Source: an uncultured delta proteobacterium (lineage in GTDB: Bacteria > Desulfobacterota > Desulfomonilia > UBA1062). From it: a stretch of DNA of 64,000 bases. Positions 9,407 through 22,232 of the stretch are shown here, one piece after another (the stretch's first letter is position 1; each line of letters starts with the position of its first letter). The stretch covers positions 192,001-256,000 of the forward strand of contig CAWCTR010000021.1 in assembly GCA_963798485.1 (NCBI GenBank), written 5' to 3'. The notes beneath the pieces were generated by a model. The model was not told the origin of the DNA. It saw only the letters and a list, made by a program, of their open reading frames with translations, and did not search any database. The translations under genes and the position numbers were made by a program.

Positions 9407-9922
9407 TTAAGCCCTTTTTCTCTTCTTGAGCTCTTTTGTGTACCTTTCTTTCAACATCTGGATCATGCTGACTATGGTGGAATAGATAAACTGTCCGTCA
9501 TCATCGCTGCGGCCATCAACATCAAGGCATATCTGTTCAAGGTCCTCAAGCTGCTCATCCAGCGAGCTGATCTCCTGTTCAAACTGGGTGAACATCTCCT
9601 CTTTTGGCAGAAAACGAAAAAAGAAGGCCCTGGTTAGGAAGTCCAACTGGTAATCGATGGGCACAGGCGGTGAGGTCAAGGACTTATAAAAGCCGTCTCT
9701 TCCCCTTTCGGTAAGCGAGTAGACATGCATATTCGGCTTGCCTGTCTGGTAAACAACATCCTTCTTAACGAGCCCGCCCGCCTCCAATTTCCTCAGTGCG
9801 GGATAGATCTGGTTAAGGCTCAGGTTAAAGGCCATCATGAGCTTGCCCGTGATGTTTTTGATCTTGTATCCGCTCTTTGGGCCGGACATAAGTAGGCCGA
9901 GTATTACCTGATCCGTTTCCAT
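9407..9922 (-). CDS. PadR-family transcriptional regulator
   Basis: ILGLL..GPKSGY, QIYPALRKLE and YSLTERGR motifs. Confidence 0.92.
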   Translation of the reverse strand: METDQVILGLLMSGPKSGYKIKNITGKLMMAFNLSLNQIYPALRKLEAGGLVKKDVVYQTGKPNMHVYSLTERGRDGFYKSLTSPPVPIDYQLDFLTRAFFFRFLPKEEMFTQFEQEISSLDEQLEDLEQICLDVDGRSDDDGQFIYSTIVSMIQMLKERYTKELKKRKRA

Positions 9923-10133
9923 TCAGTGCCTTTCAAGGTGCTTTCCGACGCTATAGTTTGTTTCACCATAGTGTATGACAAAATATCATAGTTTTAGCTG
10001 GTTGTCAAGTGTTGTCTGGCAATAAGTGGTCTGATTGTATTACGAGCTTGAGTTTATGGTATGGTTTTTCAGTAGTTGACGATAATAATGTTACCAACGA
10101 AGACTCCGCATCTGTGAGACTTCTCCATAGAAG

Positions 10134-10158
10134 ACCGGGCAGCCTACTGCTGCCCGGT
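10134..10158 (-). terminator. hairpin after atpG
   Basis: ACCGGGCAGC/GCTGCCCGGT 10-bp stem just downstream of the operon. Confidence 0.55.
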
Positions 10159-10165
10159 TTCGCAT

Positions 10166-11089
10166 TTACTCTGTTGGCAAATCAGCCCTTTGCTTATCCA
10201 GCCTGGTATCACCCTTCATGGCCTCGTAGCCTGAAACGATGTCCAGCAGCTCCTCGGTTATGGTCATCTGGCGTTGGCGGTGATAGTCGGCAAAGATCTC
10301 TTCCAGGTGCTCCTGGATGTTCTTCTCGGCGTTCTGCATGGCCGCAAGCCTGCTCGCGTTTTCGCTGGCGAGCGATTCGGTGAACGCCCGGTAGATGGAT
10401 ACGAAGAGGTATTCGCGGATAAGGGCAGCGAACAGCGCATCCCATTCCATGGTAAAGAGCGGCAGGGTTTTAGATTCCCACTTCCTTTTCTTGAGCCCTT
10501 CCAGCCAGGTGTGGTCGACAGGCAGCAGCCGCAGGGTGTGCGGCTTGAAGATGGCCCCTGAGAGGTAGTGGTTGTAGAAGAGAAAGATGTGCTGGATGTG
10601 CAGCACAAAATGCCATTCCTGAAGGATCATGACAATCTCCTGCACCATGGGGGTGATCCCTGCAGTGGAGCTCGGCGTGGACAGGGTGTCATAGATCTGC
10701 TGGTCGGAACGCTCCATGTGGTCCTTCACCCGCTCGCCCACGGTCAGGATATACCGGCCTTCATCAGTAACGCCGAGCGCATCCATCTCTTCCACCGCAT
10801 GGGCCACGACCTGGGCGTTGAACTGGCCGCACAGGCCCTGGTCCGAACCGAACACGATGGCCCCGGCCTTGATAATGGGTACGGGCCTGGGGGCAAGCGG
10901 TTCTTCTTCCTGGGCCTTCAGGACGATCTGAAGGCCCCTTTCTACGGTGTCGTTATAGTCAATGAGCGATTCTACCGCCCTCTGATACTGGCGGATACTT
11001 ACCGCTGCCAAGGCCTTCATGGTCTTCACTACGGAAAGAAGGTCCTGGGTGCTCTTGATCTTTCTCCTCAACGACTCAATGGTCTGCAT
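10166..11089 (-). CDS. atpG: N-ATPase gamma subunit
   Basis: [19 protein letters not shown] and RQMTITEEL motifs. Confidence 0.95.
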   Translation of the reverse strand: MQTIESLRRKIKSTQDLLSVVKTMKALAAVSIRQYQRAVESLIDYNDTVERGLQIVLKAQEEEPLAPRPVPIIKAGAIVFGSDQGLCGQFNAQVVAHAVEEMDALGVTDEGRYILTVGERVKDHMERSDQQIYDTLSTPSSTAGITPMVQEIVMILQEWHFVLHIQHIFLFYNHYLSGAIFKPHTLRLLPVDHTWLEGLKKRKWESKTLPLFTMEWDALFAALIREYLFVSIYRAFTESLASENASRLAAMQNAEKNIQEHLEEIFADYHRQRQMTITEELLDIVSGYEAMKGDTRLDKQRADLPTE

Positions 11090-12629
11090 CCGCTTTTTCC
11101 TTCATGGGCTCAGCCGCAGCCTGTGCCGTGTTCAGGATGGAATTGAAGTTGTCGATAGAGAGCTTCTCTCCCGTTTCTATCCTCCTGCAGAGGTCGGCCA
11201 AATGAACTGTCACCTCCTTGCGGACCAGGAGTTCGGCCTTGCTTATCTCTTCGATAGGAACACCATCGAGCGCCCCGCCGTTCACCGCGAGCAGTGCCGC
11301 GATCTGTTCGGCCACAGGGATAGGCTTAAGCTGGGGCTGCTTCAGGATCTCCCTTACACGCCATCCCCTCTCAAGACGCCTCCTTGTATCATCATCCAGC
11401 CTGGTCCCGAATCGGGAGAAGCTCTCCAGCTCCTCGAACTGCGAATAGGCGATGCGCAGGTCTCCGGCTACGGCCCGGTATGCCGGCAACTGGGCCTTCC
11501 CTCCTACCCGTGATACGGATTTCCCCACGTCGATGGCAGGCAGCAGCCCCTTCTGGAAAAGACTCGGAGAGAGATAAATCTGCCCGTCGGTGATGGAGAT
11601 GAGGTTGGTGGGGATATACGAGGACATGTCCTGGGCCTCGGTCTCGATAATGGGCAAGGCGGTGAGCGAACCGCCCCCGTACTCCTTGCGCAGGTGTGTG
11701 GACCGTTCAAGCATGCGCGAATGGATGTAGAAGATGTCACCGGGGAATGCCTCTCTGCCCGGAGGCCTGCGGAGCAGGAGTGAGAGCTCACGATAGGCCC
11801 GGGCATGCCTGGTGAGGTCGTCATAGATAATGAGCACATCGCGCCCATGCTCCATGAAGTATTCACCCATGGATGTGGCTGCATAGGCGGCTACGAACTG
11901 GACCCCGGGAGGTTCTTCGCCGGCCGCCACCACAACGATGCAGTACCTGAGAACATTAGTCTCTTTTAAGGAGGCAATGGTCTTGGCCACATCGGAGGAC
12001 TGCTTGCCGATGGCGCAGTAGATACAGATGACATCCTTGTCGTGCTGGTTGATGATGGTATCTAAGGCGATGGCCGTCTTGCCGGTCTGCCGGTCGCCCA
12101 GGATCAGCTCGCGCTGTCCCCTGCCGATGGGAATGAGCGCGTCGATGGCCTTGATACCGCTCTGCAGCGGGACGGTAACCGGGTCCCGGTGCATAATCGG
12201 CGGGGCCTCCCTCTCCACAGGCAGGCGCTCTGATGAGGCTATCTCCCCAAGATTGTCCAGAGGACGTCCCAAGGCATCCACCACCCGGCCCAAAAGGGCC
12301 TCCCCTACCGGGATATCAAGGACCCTTCCTGTCCTGTGCACCTCATTGCCGGCGCTGATGTCCTCGGAGGCATCCAGCATGATAATGCCGATCTCATCCG
12401 GGTCAATATTGAAGACCAGCCCATAGAGATCGCCGGGAAAGCGGACGAGTTCCTCGGCCTTCACACTGTCCATGCCGGTAACCCGGGCAATGCCCGAGCC
12501 GACATAGGTGACAATGCCCACCTCTTCGGGCCTCAGCTCGGGCTTGTGCTCTGAAAGGGCCCCTTCAAGCTTCTGAAAGGTATCTTTGAGCGTAGCGTTC
12601 AGCGCCCCTTCATCACTTCTCTTCTCCAT
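11076..12629 (-). CDS. atpA: N-ATPase alpha subunit
   Basis: GDRQTGKT Walker A; [12 protein letters not shown]. Confidence 0.97.
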   Translation of the reverse strand: MEKRSDEGALNATLKDTFQKLEGALSEHKPELRPEEVGIVTYVGSGIARVTGMDSVKAEELVRFPGDLYGLVFNIDPDEIGIIMLDASEDISAGNEVHRTGRVLDIPVGEALLGRVVDALGRPLDNLGEIASSERLPVEREAPPIMHRDPVTVPLQSGIKAIDALIPIGRGQRELILGDRQTGKTAIALDTIINQHDKDVICIYCAIGKQSSDVAKTIASLKETNVLRYCIVVVAAGEEPPGVQFVAAYAATSMGEYFMEHGRDVLIIYDDLTRHARAYRELSLLLRRPPGREAFPGDIFYIHSRMLERSTHLRKEYGGGSLTALPIIETEAQDMSSYIPTNLISITDGQIYLSPSLFQKGLLPAIDVGKSVSRVGGKAQLPAYRAVAGDLRIAYSQFEELESFSRFGTRLDDDTRRRLERGWRVREILKQPQLKPIPVAEQIAALLAVNGGALDGVPIEEISKAELLVRKEVTVHLADLCRRIETGEKLSIDNFNSILNTAQAAAEPMKEKADADH

Positions 12630-13407
12630 CTAAACCCCCTTCTATCCGGATCTCTTCCTTGAGTGCTCGCACGAATTTTTCCTCGAGGCTTGCAAGATAG
12701 TCTTCGATGCTCCAGGAAAGCTTGTACCCATGGGCCATTATCTCGATGCCGGCGCCGATGATCCCTGAGATCTCGTATCGTATGGGGACCTTTGGACCCG
12801 CATAAGGTCTGATGGCCTCTTCGATCTGCTTTGCCTGTTCAACCTTAAGTGTAAAGGCGCTCCGCACGATGATCAGCGATCCCCCTGTCTTCAGGGAATC
12901 CTTGAGCTTGTCCTGCTGAACCTTGTCCATTGAGCGAATGCGGGAGATGAAGATCAGAACTATTCTGTCCTCAAGGTCTTCATTGGCCATGTCCCCAAGG
13001 ACATGCCGGATGGTGTCATAGATATACGTCCCGGCCCTTTTGCGCAGATCCTCAAGGAAGGCATCCTTCTCCCGGTTGAGCGTCTCGTACCAGCGCTGCC
13101 TGACCTGGTCAACCTCCTCGCGAACCTTGTCCATGAGCAGGTTTTTCTCGTGCTCCGATGCCTTTTGTGCCTGAAGCATCAGATCATCGGCCTTATCCTG
13201 AAGCTCCCGGTTCTTTTCATCATAGGCTTGGGCAGACTGCTTCGCCTCGGTCTTGAGCCGCTCCGCCTCGTCAAACCGTGAGGCGATCTTGGCCTCGCGG
13301 GCGTCCATGGCCCCCAGGATCCTGTTATAAAGCACGTACTTGAGAACGAGCACCAGGACAAGGAAGTTGAAAATCTGGGCACCCAGGACAAACAGGTCGA
13401 TGTGCAT
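12613..13407 (-). CDS. atpF: N-ATPase extended b subunit (b-delta-like)
   Basis: AQIFNFLVL membrane anchor, coiled coil, 264 aa. Confidence 0.92.
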   Translation of the reverse strand: MHIDLFVLGAQIFNFLVLVLVLKYVLYNRILGAMDAREAKIASRFDEAERLKTEAKQSAQAYDEKNRELQDKADDLMLQAQKASEHEKNLLMDKVREEVDQVRQRWYETLNREKDAFLEDLRKRAGTYIYDTIRHVLGDMANEDLEDRIVLIFISRIRSMDKVQQDKLKDSLKTGGSLIIVRSAFTLKVEQAKQIEEAIRPYAGPKVPIRYEISGIIGAGIEIMAHGYKLSWSIEDYLASLEEKFVRALKEEIRIEGGLDGEEK

Positions 13408-13410
13408 CGA

Positions 13411-13692
13411 TTATCCTCTCTTGGCAATGGAGATGAAATGATCCCAGAACGGATTGGCAAAGATCAGGATCATTGAGATCACGAAGCAGTAAATGGCGAT
13501 GGACTCGATCATGGCCAGGCTCACAAACAAGGTCCTCATGATCGTGTTCTTTTCATCAGGCTGCTGGGCAATGGCGCTCACCGCCTGCTTGGCTGCCATG
13601 CCTTCTCCAAGGGCCGGACCTATGGCACCAAGGCACATTGTCAGCCCTGCGGAAATGATTGATGCAATTGCAATTAAGCTCAGGCTATCCAT
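13411..13692 (-). CDS. atpE: N-ATPase c subunit
   Basis: GPALGEG, AQQP loop and AMIESIAIY motifs. Confidence 0.96.
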   Translation of the reverse strand: MDSLSLIAIASIISAGLTMCLGAIGPALGEGMAAKQAVSAIAQQPDEKNTIMRTLFVSLAMIESIAIYCFVISMILIFANPFWDHFISIAKRG

Positions 13693-13730
13693 AGTACACC
13701 TTCCTTTCTTTCAAGCATTTTTATATTTTC

Positions 13731-14441
13731 CTACTGCTTTTCTTTGTGTGTCTCCTGCTCGTGCGCCTGCGTGGCCGAGGCGATATACACCATGGCAAGG
13801 ATAGCGAAGATGTATGCCTGGACCATTCCTATCAACAAACCTAACGCATGCATGACAATGGGGAAAAAGAGCGGGGTGATGGCAAGCAGGATGCCGATCA
13901 CCTTGTCGTGGCTCATGATGTTCCCGAAAAGCCTTATGGCAAGCGCCAGGGTCCTTGTGATCTCACCCATGACATGGAAGGGGAAGAAGATGAACGTAGG
14001 CTGGAAGTACTCCTTGAGATACCCGAGCAACCCGCGTTTTGTTATGCCGTACAGAGGAACGGCAATGAATACGCATATGGCAAGCGCTGCTGTTGTTGTA
14101 AGGGAAGAGGTCGGTGCGACATATCCGGGCACAATAAGAAGGAGGTTGGACAGCCCGATAAAGAGGAAGAGAGTCCCGATGAAGGCCAGGTAGTGATCCG
14201 GGTTGTCCTTGGTGATTTCCATAATCTGGCCCCTGATGGTCGACACAATGACCTCGAGCAGGTTCTGCCAGCGGGAAATGTGGATATCCTTGGATATCTT
14301 GCGGGTAACAAGCCACGAACCTATGATGAGGATGGCCATGATGAACCAGGTATAGAGCAGGGTGGCGGTTATCTTTGCAAACCCCATTTGCCATAAGATG
14401 AGTTGGTCGGGGCTGATCTGGTTGAGCCTTAGGATCTCCAT
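13731..14441 (-). CDS. atpB: N-ATPase a subunit
   Basis: LAIRLFGN and QAYIF motifs. Confidence 0.96.
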   Translation of the reverse strand: MEILRLNQISPDQLILWQMGFAKITATLLYTWFIMAILIIGSWLVTRKISKDIHISRWQNLLEVIVSTIRGQIMEITKDNPDHYLAFIGTLFLFIGLSNLLLIVPGYVAPTSSLTTTAALAICVFIAVPLYGITKRGLLGYLKEYFQPTFIFFPFHVMGEITRTLALAIRLFGNIMSHDKVIGILLAITPLFFPIVMHALGLLIGMVQAYIFAILAMVYIASATQAHEQETHKEKQ

Positions 14442-14450
14442 ACATTAGCC

Positions 14451-14732
14451 TCAGGACACACCTGGACTCTTGCCCAGCCTGCGCACCAGTATTCCCCGCA
14501 TAAGCACAAAGCCTGCAAGTGCAGCCATCATACTCTCCCAGTGTCCGTTCATGACGATATAAAACCCGACGGCCACAACCCCCATCCTGAGCATAAAATT
14601 CACGAACAAGACATGCCAGGGCGTTTGCTCATCGGTCATCTTTTTTACTGAAGACCACAGGTTCAACGAGAAAAAAGCACCCAATGCAAGGCCCGCAAGG
14701 AAAGCAATGATGAGGTGCGGTACATCCATCAT
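14451..14732 (-). CDS. atpR: N-ATPase AtpR subunit
   Basis: Small three-TM protein with conserved Arg residues between atpQ and atpB. Confidence 0.8.
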   Translation of the reverse strand: MMDVPHLIIAFLAGLALGAFFSLNLWSSVKKMTDEQTPWHVLFVNFMLRMGVVAVGFYIVMNGHWESMMAALAGFVLMRGILVRRLGKSPGVS

Positions 14733-14758
14733 GTATTGTCCTTATTTTTTTGTTTCAA

Positions 14759-15086
14759 TCATTCATCCTCTTCTTCACTCGCCTTCTCACTCCAACTCCC
14801 GCTCTTGCGCACCCAGTACCACGCATTCAGGCACCCGATCATGACGCCGGCGATGAGGAGCATAAGGGTCCATGAAAACTGGCTCGGCCAGGTTCTGTCG
14901 ATCCATATCCCTATAGCCACTCCTATGAGGGTGGGAATGGCGACCGACCAGCCGACAATGCCGAACATGCCGAGCCCGAACCAGACGGTCTCCCCTTTTT
15001 CCTTCCTGCCGCGGATCATGAGGGCCTCTTTCTTTTCAACTTCGCGAGCAAACTTCTTCATGATATCGCGGCGTCTCTTGAGCGAA

Positions 15087-15094
<8 letters not shown>
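14759..15094 (-). CDS. atpQ: N-ATPase AtpQ (AtpZ/AtpI-like) protein
   Basis: GLGMFGIVGWSVAIP and GCLNAWYW motifs. Confidence 0.85.
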
Positions 15095-16899
<1,805 letters not shown>

Positions 16900-17086
16900 T
16901 CATATGTACTACAAATCCTTGATGGGAACCGGACACTGCTATTGTTACTTAATTAAAGGGCATTTTAACTATAGTCAAGGGGTAGATGCTTGTTTCTCTT
17001 AAGAAAAATAGTGCACCACATAAATTTTCTTTGAAAATCATTTCAAAATTATCGGCGTAATATCTTCACATTGCCTTTTGAGGGAT

Positions 17087-17884
17087 TTAACGAAGATACG
17101 TGCAGGCTCCATAGAAGCGCTCGCGGTAGTAGGAGCCCGAAAGCGAATCGGCACAAATGGTCTTTCCTGTGCCCGGGGCATGGATGAACATATCACCCCC
17201 GATATAAATTCCCACATGGCTGACACGGCCGGTGCTCGAGGTGGTGAAAAAGACAAGATCTCCCTTTTCGAGCTGGTCCTTTGTGACGGGTATGCCGCTT
17301 TTGTACTGGTCTTCAGATGTTCTCGGGACATTCATACCATTAAGCTGATAGACAGCCATAACCAGCCCGCTGCAATCAAGCGGGGCATCGAGCGAGCAGC
17401 TTCCCCATTGGTAGGGCAGGCCGATAAAGCTCTGGGCAGTGTCTACGATTTCATCCCTGACAGATCCTTCACCTGAAGGTCTTCCCCTGGCTATGGCATA
17501 CTCACCGGGTTTCACAACATAGAACACGTCGATCATGCCAAGCTGCTGTAACCTGCGCGCCTCGGACATGGCCATACTCTGGGTGGTGTAGTTCCCGAAT
17601 CGCACCTTGTAGAGCCCGGAGCTATGGGCAAAATAAAAGGCATCAAGCCCCTGCTTCTCCAATTTCTTTGTGAGCCTTACAGCGTTGTCCACCTGGGAGA
17701 AGGCCCCCACCTGGACGGAAAAGCCCATCTTCATAGGGGCGGCATTGACCTGTGACTTTGCCTTGAGCCTGGTTTGATACGGAGGAATTATTGATCTGTT
17801 CGATGCACAGCCAGGCAGAAAAAGAGAAAAGATAAGTACAACCGGAATGATCCGTATACCGGTTTGCAAACTAATCCTTCCCAT
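17087..17884 (-). CDS. SPOR + NlpC/P60 cell-wall peptidase lipoprotein
   Basis: LPGC lipobox; VQVGAF SPOR domain; DCSGL, GDLVFF and HVGIY motifs. Confidence 0.93.
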   Translation of the reverse strand: MGRISLQTGIRIIPVVLIFSLFLPGCASNRSIIPPYQTRLKAKSQVNAAPMKMGFSVQVGAFSQVDNAVRLTKKLEKQGLDAFYFAHSSGLYKVRFGNYTTQSMAMSEARRLQQLGMIDVFYVVKPGEYAIARGRPSGEGSVRDEIVDTAQSFIGLPYQWGSCSLDAPLDCSGLVMAVYQLNGMNVPRTSEDQYKSGIPVTKDQLEKGDLVFFTTSSTGRVSHVGIYIGGDMFIHAPGTGKTICADSLSGSYYRERFYGACTYLR

Positions 17885-18010
17885 CCTCCTCCCTCATAAA
17901 CTCCGGCTTTGCTGCCTGAATACTGGAATGCAGATGAGTTATCGATCTTTTAATAACAAGTTAACGGTCATTTGTCTACAAAGGCTTTTATTATGCAATT
18001 ATCGTTGTTA

Positions 18011-19216
18011 TCAAGCACTCCCCTCCATCACCTCTATAAATCCTTCCAGTCTCGTTTTTACCTGCTCAGGCTGGTATCCTCGCGGATCGGATATGTCCAT
18101 ATCCAGCATGAGGAAGGGCTTATCAAGTTGTGCAAAGGCATCTTTGAGCAACATATGCGCGTTGTTTGAATGGCGGCAGGCAGGGGTTGCAAAAAGGAGA
18201 GCCCCGTCGATCCCGTACATATCGACAATTTTCTCAATCCCCTCAGTCCTCCTTATAGCAGGACCGATAAAGGGATTTTTCAGGCACTTCATTGCCAAAC
18301 CCTCAAAGGGATTATCCTCGTCAATCTCTTCCCAGTGTACGTGGAAGGTTTCACACAGGGGGATGCCCACCTTTCGTTCTCTCAAGATATCAAAGACATT
18401 GGTAGGATGGATGGGTGTCCAGGCAAACCAATAGATGCGGTGAGACTCCTGAGGGGTGATACCCTTTGCCATCTTCTCCTTGATATCTTTTATCAACTGT
18501 TCTTCCAACCTTTCCTTAACAGGACTCCCGCTGAAGAGCCGGCCGTTGATGGAGTAGGCTATCATGTCCTGCGGTTTCATGGGAGCGGGCCTGGTCTTGA
18601 GCAATTCAAGGATTTCCAGCTGGAGTCTGCGTGATCGGTTCGAGCTTCTCACCGCCTGCTTCAACCTGTCCATATCCAGCTTCTGTCCGCTCACCTGACT
18701 GATCTTTTGTGCAGACTCATAAAGCTGCCTGGCGACATAGCCAATAGATTCTTTGGTAATCGCATGGGGCACATCGAGATAAAATGTCTCGGTCCCTGTG
18801 ATGAGCGAGACCACGTCATTGGCCTTGCCCTTGCCCTCACAATAGTAAGAGGTAGTAATGAGGAGATCGGGCTTGGGAAAATATCCCTTGTAGAACCCGC
18901 CAAGACCTGCACGATGGAACGAGCAGATGTCCGGTGAATGTCCTCGTTCCTCTGCCTCGATCATCAAGGGCACCCCCTGATTCATGGTAGACATGAGTGC
19001 GCCGGCGATCTCAAAATCAAATGGTATGACATCGAAGGCGGCCAAGATCTCCATGGGGAAGGCATACTGCGACGTATACACGACCTTCTTCCCCGGCCCG
19101 TATGCCTTTAAAAACAGGTCGAACCATTCCTTGTACCAAAGTGTTAGGAATCTCTTTCTTTCCTTCAATGTAGCGTCCATCATCTGTGACATGTTCTCAA
19201 GCATGTGTCTGAACAT
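18011..19216 (-). CDS. 2-hydroxyacyl-CoA dehydratase / benzoyl-CoA reductase-type subunit
   Basis: DICSFH, C-E-GK, DG....C and TRLEGFIE motifs. Confidence 0.88.
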   Translation of the reverse strand: MFRHMLENMSQMMDATLKERKRFLTLWYKEWFDLFLKAYGPGKKVVYTSQYAFPMEILAAFDVIPFDFEIAGALMSTMNQGVPLMIEAEERGHSPDICSFHRAGLGGFYKGYFPKPDLLITTSYYCEGKGKANDVVSLITGTETFYLDVPHAITKESIGYVARQLYESAQKISQVSGQKLDMDRLKQAVRSSNRSRRLQLEILELLKTRPAPMKPQDMIAYSINGRLFSGSPVKERLEEQLIKDIKEKMAKGITPQESHRIYWFAWTPIHPTNVFDILRERKVGIPLCETFHVHWEEIDEDNPFEGLAMKCLKNPFIGPAIRRTEGIEKIVDMYGIDGALLFATPACRHSNNAHMLLKDAFAQLDKPFLMLDMDISDPRGYQPEQVKTRLEGFIEVMEGSA

Positions 19217-19228
19217 AGGCTGCCTCCC

Positions 19229-20278
19229 CTACCCCAACATCTCGATAAACGCCTCAACATTTATCCGTAGTTTCTCGATATCCGACCAATCGTAATCATT
19301 CTCGATCACGAGGCATCTTGCCCCTGCAGCAACAACTGCTTCCTTAAAGACCGGGATGTTATATGACAGGTTGTCGCAAAACTTTATCTTGCTTACGATT
19401 ACGCCATCGGCCCTGGTGTCTGTTATTTGGTTTGTAAGGTCCTTGATCTGATCTGCTATGCCTATCATCCGCGGACAGGAAGGCCTCAGCAAGTATCGCG
19501 CTGCAATAGCAGCCAGAGGATCCGGTGTGCCTTCGGCCACCTTCAAGTCATAGTTCTTCCTACCAAAGCAGGTATCGATTCCTACAACCGTTGCGCCTGC
19601 ATTCTCGATCATGGAAATAAGGTCCGGCTTATTCACCATGTTTCCGGTTATAAGGATGCGAGGGCCATTCTTTGTTAAAGTATTCATGGACTCTCGCTTG
19701 AGAATATTGGTGGCCTTTTGGCTGAATCCTCGCAGGTCAGAATCAGGTCTATCATGTAACAAGGCAAAGCATTCAGAGCCCGTAAGGCATCCTGGTTTGC
19801 TTCTCATGAGCATAAAAAGATCATTGCATTGACGTCTATGATGGTTCATTTGTTTTATAGCCGTCTCAAGCCGCCCTTTAGTCACCCTTTGAGCATCCGG
19901 GATCATGGAAAGATCCACAGAGATCCGGCCCAGCTCTGCGGTAAAGAGCCCTATGGAATCGGGGTCTTTTTTCTTGGGAATGTCCATGAACAAGGCAGCC
20001 GGGCTTTTTACATAGGCACCCCAGAGGTCGTAGAGCCTTCGCATGGCATCACACGAGTTTGCCAGGATTACGGCATCCACATGGGCAAAGGCGCCTGCCA
20101 TGGCATCGGAAAAGAGGCTTTTTACATAGAAACATGTGTTGGGGTGGATGTATCCTTCCGCCGTGGAGCATCTGCCTTGAGGGATGAGCCTCTCCGGCGT
20201 TAAACCGGCAGCCATGATCACCTCTACAGGCACATAGCAACAGGCATAAGCCACTGTCCTTGCCTTCTTTAAGCTCAT
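19229..20278 (-). CDS. 2-hydroxyacyl-CoA dehydratase family subunit
   Basis: CCYVPVEVI, NSCDAMRR, KFCD and VEAFIE motifs. Confidence 0.88.
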   Translation of the reverse strand: MSLKKARTVAYACCYVPVEVIMAAGLTPERLIPQGRCSTAEGYIHPNTCFYVKSLFSDAMAGAFAHVDAVILANSCDAMRRLYDLWGAYVKSPAALFMDIPKKKDPDSIGLFTAELGRISVDLSMIPDAQRVTKGRLETAIKQMNHHRRQCNDLFMLMRSKPGCLTGSECFALLHDRPDSDLRGFSQKATNILKRESMNTLTKNGPRILITGNMVNKPDLISMIENAGATVVGIDTCFGRKNYDLKVAEGTPDPLAAIAARYLLRPSCPRMIGIADQIKDLTNQITDTRADGVIVSKIKFCDNLSYNIPVFKEAVVAAGARCLVIENDYDWSDIEKLRINVEAFIEMLG

Positions 20279-20572
20279 GCCGCCTCCTTCATGCCTTTTG
20301 ATAGCACTCATCATGGGTGAACTTTTCTCTTTTGTCGCCTCAAGATAGGATCTTGAGGCCTTTGATAGTGTTTCTTGACCCGGATTTCCCGCTTTTTCTC
20401 GGAAGATATTCTGTACCTCTTGTCTTACTGAAACCGGTTGCTATTATAATGTGCCATAGCTAGCACGGCATATATTTCTTTCATGAATCGAACATCGGCA
20501 TGAAAACATCTCAAAATTACTAAGATACATAGAGTGAAAGGAACGGTTGGAGGCAGGTTGGAGGCCGGTTAG

Positions 20573-20603
20573 ATGAGTGGATATTTTTAAAATATCCACT
20601 CAT
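20573..20603. promoter_or_regulatory. perfect 15-bp inverted repeat before the USP remnant RBS
   Basis: ATGAGTGGATATTTT t AAAATATCCACTCAT. Confidence 0.45.
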
Positions 20604-20618
20604 AAAAGGAGGGTAGTC

Positions 20619-20779
20619 ATGTTTACCCCGAAGACAATACTTGTCCAGACAGATTTTTCCCAATCCTCATCATCATCGGGTCTCATGGGAAGAAAGGCAT
20701 AATGAAACACCTCATCGGCAGTGTCACCGACAAGGTGGTCCGCGCTGCAAAATCCCCTGTCATGGTGGTAAGGGAATAG
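20619..20779 (+). pseudogene. universal stress protein (UspA) remnant with central deletion
   Basis: AGGAGG + MFTPKTILVQTDFS joined out of frame to LIIIGSHGKKGIMKHLIGSVTDKVVRAAKSPVMVVRE*. Confidence 0.85.
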
Positions 20780-20936
20780 ATTGATAAAAGGGCATACAGA
20801 AGTCTCAGATCATATTACAATATGATCAGATCTTTGCATGCCCCTTTAGTAATATCTGTTTGTACTCTCCGGTGAATTGGTGTTTTGTACTTTGCAAACA
20901 GCGGTAATATCGTAATGATAGCGTGGAGATGATGGC

Positions 20937-21482
20937 ATGAAACCAATAGGTCCTTTGATGTGGGAACACAGGCTCATTGAGCGTCTGCTCCATCTGTTCG
21001 ATGGGCAGATTACAAAAATCCGTCAGGAAAATTCCATTGACCCGGTATTCATCGACAATGCCGTTGACTTTATCCGGACCTATGCAGACCGGACACATCA
21101 CGGCAAAGAGGAGGACATTCTTTTCAGGGATCTTGCCAAAAAGCAGCTCTCTGCCGGGCACGCAAAGATTATGGATGAACTGGTTGAAGAGCACAAGTAT
21201 GCCCGCAAAGTGGTTGGGAAATTAGTTGAGGCCAAGGAAATGTTTCTGACGGGAAACAAGGCTGCCTTGCAGGATGTCATTGCATGTCTCAAGGAACTCT
21301 CCGAGTTTTACCCCAAACATATCGAGAAAGAGGATAAACACTTTTTCTTCCCCATACTGGACTACTTCTCGCAAGATGAACAAGATGCAATGCTCAGCGA
21401 ATTCCGGGAATTCGACAGAAACATGATCCACGAAAAATATACCAAATTAGTTGATGCTTTGGGGCAAAGAAAACGCAAGTGA
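20937..21482 (+). CDS. hemerythrin/HHE cation-binding domain protein
   Basis: EHRLI, HHGKEEDILF, EH and HIEKED motifs. Confidence 0.92.
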   Translation: MKPIGPLMWEHRLIERLLHLFDGQITKIRQENSIDPVFIDNAVDFIRTYADRTHHGKEEDILFRDLAKKQLSAGHAKIMDELVEEHKYARKVVGKLVEAKEMFLTGNKAALQDVIACLKELSEFYPKHIEKEDKHFFFPILDYFSQDEQDAMLSEFREFDRNMIHEKYTKLVDALGQRKRK

Positions 21483-21514
21483 TATGTGATGAAAATTGGT
21501 TGGGCTTCACGCTT

Positions 21515-21970
21515 CTACCCTTCGATAGGAGCTGCCGCAGCCTCAGAAACGCCAAAACTCTGTGCTAGCTCAGTGAGGAGCATGCCGAAAGCTTGGGAGT
21601 CGTCAATGGTGAGTATGTCGACTGCCTTGAACCATTTCAGCGTGACCATTTGTAGAGCAACATTTTCATACAGGCGTCCATCCGGGCGCTTCCATGAAAC
21701 TTGTAGCCTTACAACCACAATCGTTTTCCAGGGCCAGCCCTTTACCACCACATTGACGGGCACAAACTGAAACCCGGGAAGAATGCGCAAGAAGCGCTCG
21801 AACCATTTTGTGATGAGCGCGCGACTATGGCGATGTCCTCCAAGGGCGTGGTGGCCGACGAAGTGATAGTGACACTTCTCAGACATGAGGCCGGTGGCGG
21901 CTTGATAGTCGCCCTGACTGAGGCGCCTGAAACTCCTTCGAACAATTCGTGCCACGACAAAGTGATACAT
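21515..21970 (-). CDS. NTF2/SnoaL-like family protein
   Basis: HALGGHRH...WFERF, GWPW and YEN pattern; AGGAG RBS. Confidence 0.8.
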   Translation of the reverse strand: MYHFVVARIVRRSFRRLSQGDYQAATGLMSEKCHYHFVGHHALGGHRHSRALITKWFERFLRILPGFQFVPVNVVVKGWPWKTIVVVRLQVSWKRPDGRLYENVALQMVTLKWFKAVDILTIDDSQAFGMLLTELAQSFGVSEAAAAPIEG

Positions 21971-22165
21971 ACACCTACTCCTTCAAACGAGGAATCTCGT
22001 TGTGCCTGCTTCCTTCCCCAATAAAATGGCTTTTGATGTTGCTTCCTTCATTTCAGGGGCGGTCAATGGCCCACTGTGGGTCGTTTCGATAATGCCAAGC
22101 ACGGGGTTAAACTTTGAGGTCCAGGACATATCTTCCTCCTCTTGTGTCTATGAAACTATGCATAA

Positions 22166-22216
22166 GTGTTACCCATGTACCCAGAATATTGTGTTACCTA
22201 TGTCCCCGTTCGCTCA
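22166..22216. mobile_element. IS481-like terminal remnant interrupting the attC of the VOC cassette
   Basis: Tandem GTGTTACCCATGTACCC / GTGTTACCTATGTCCCC repeats of the kind seen at IS481 ends; no transposase nearby. Confidence 0.45.
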
Positions 22217-22232
22217 ATCAGTTGTTTTTTGC

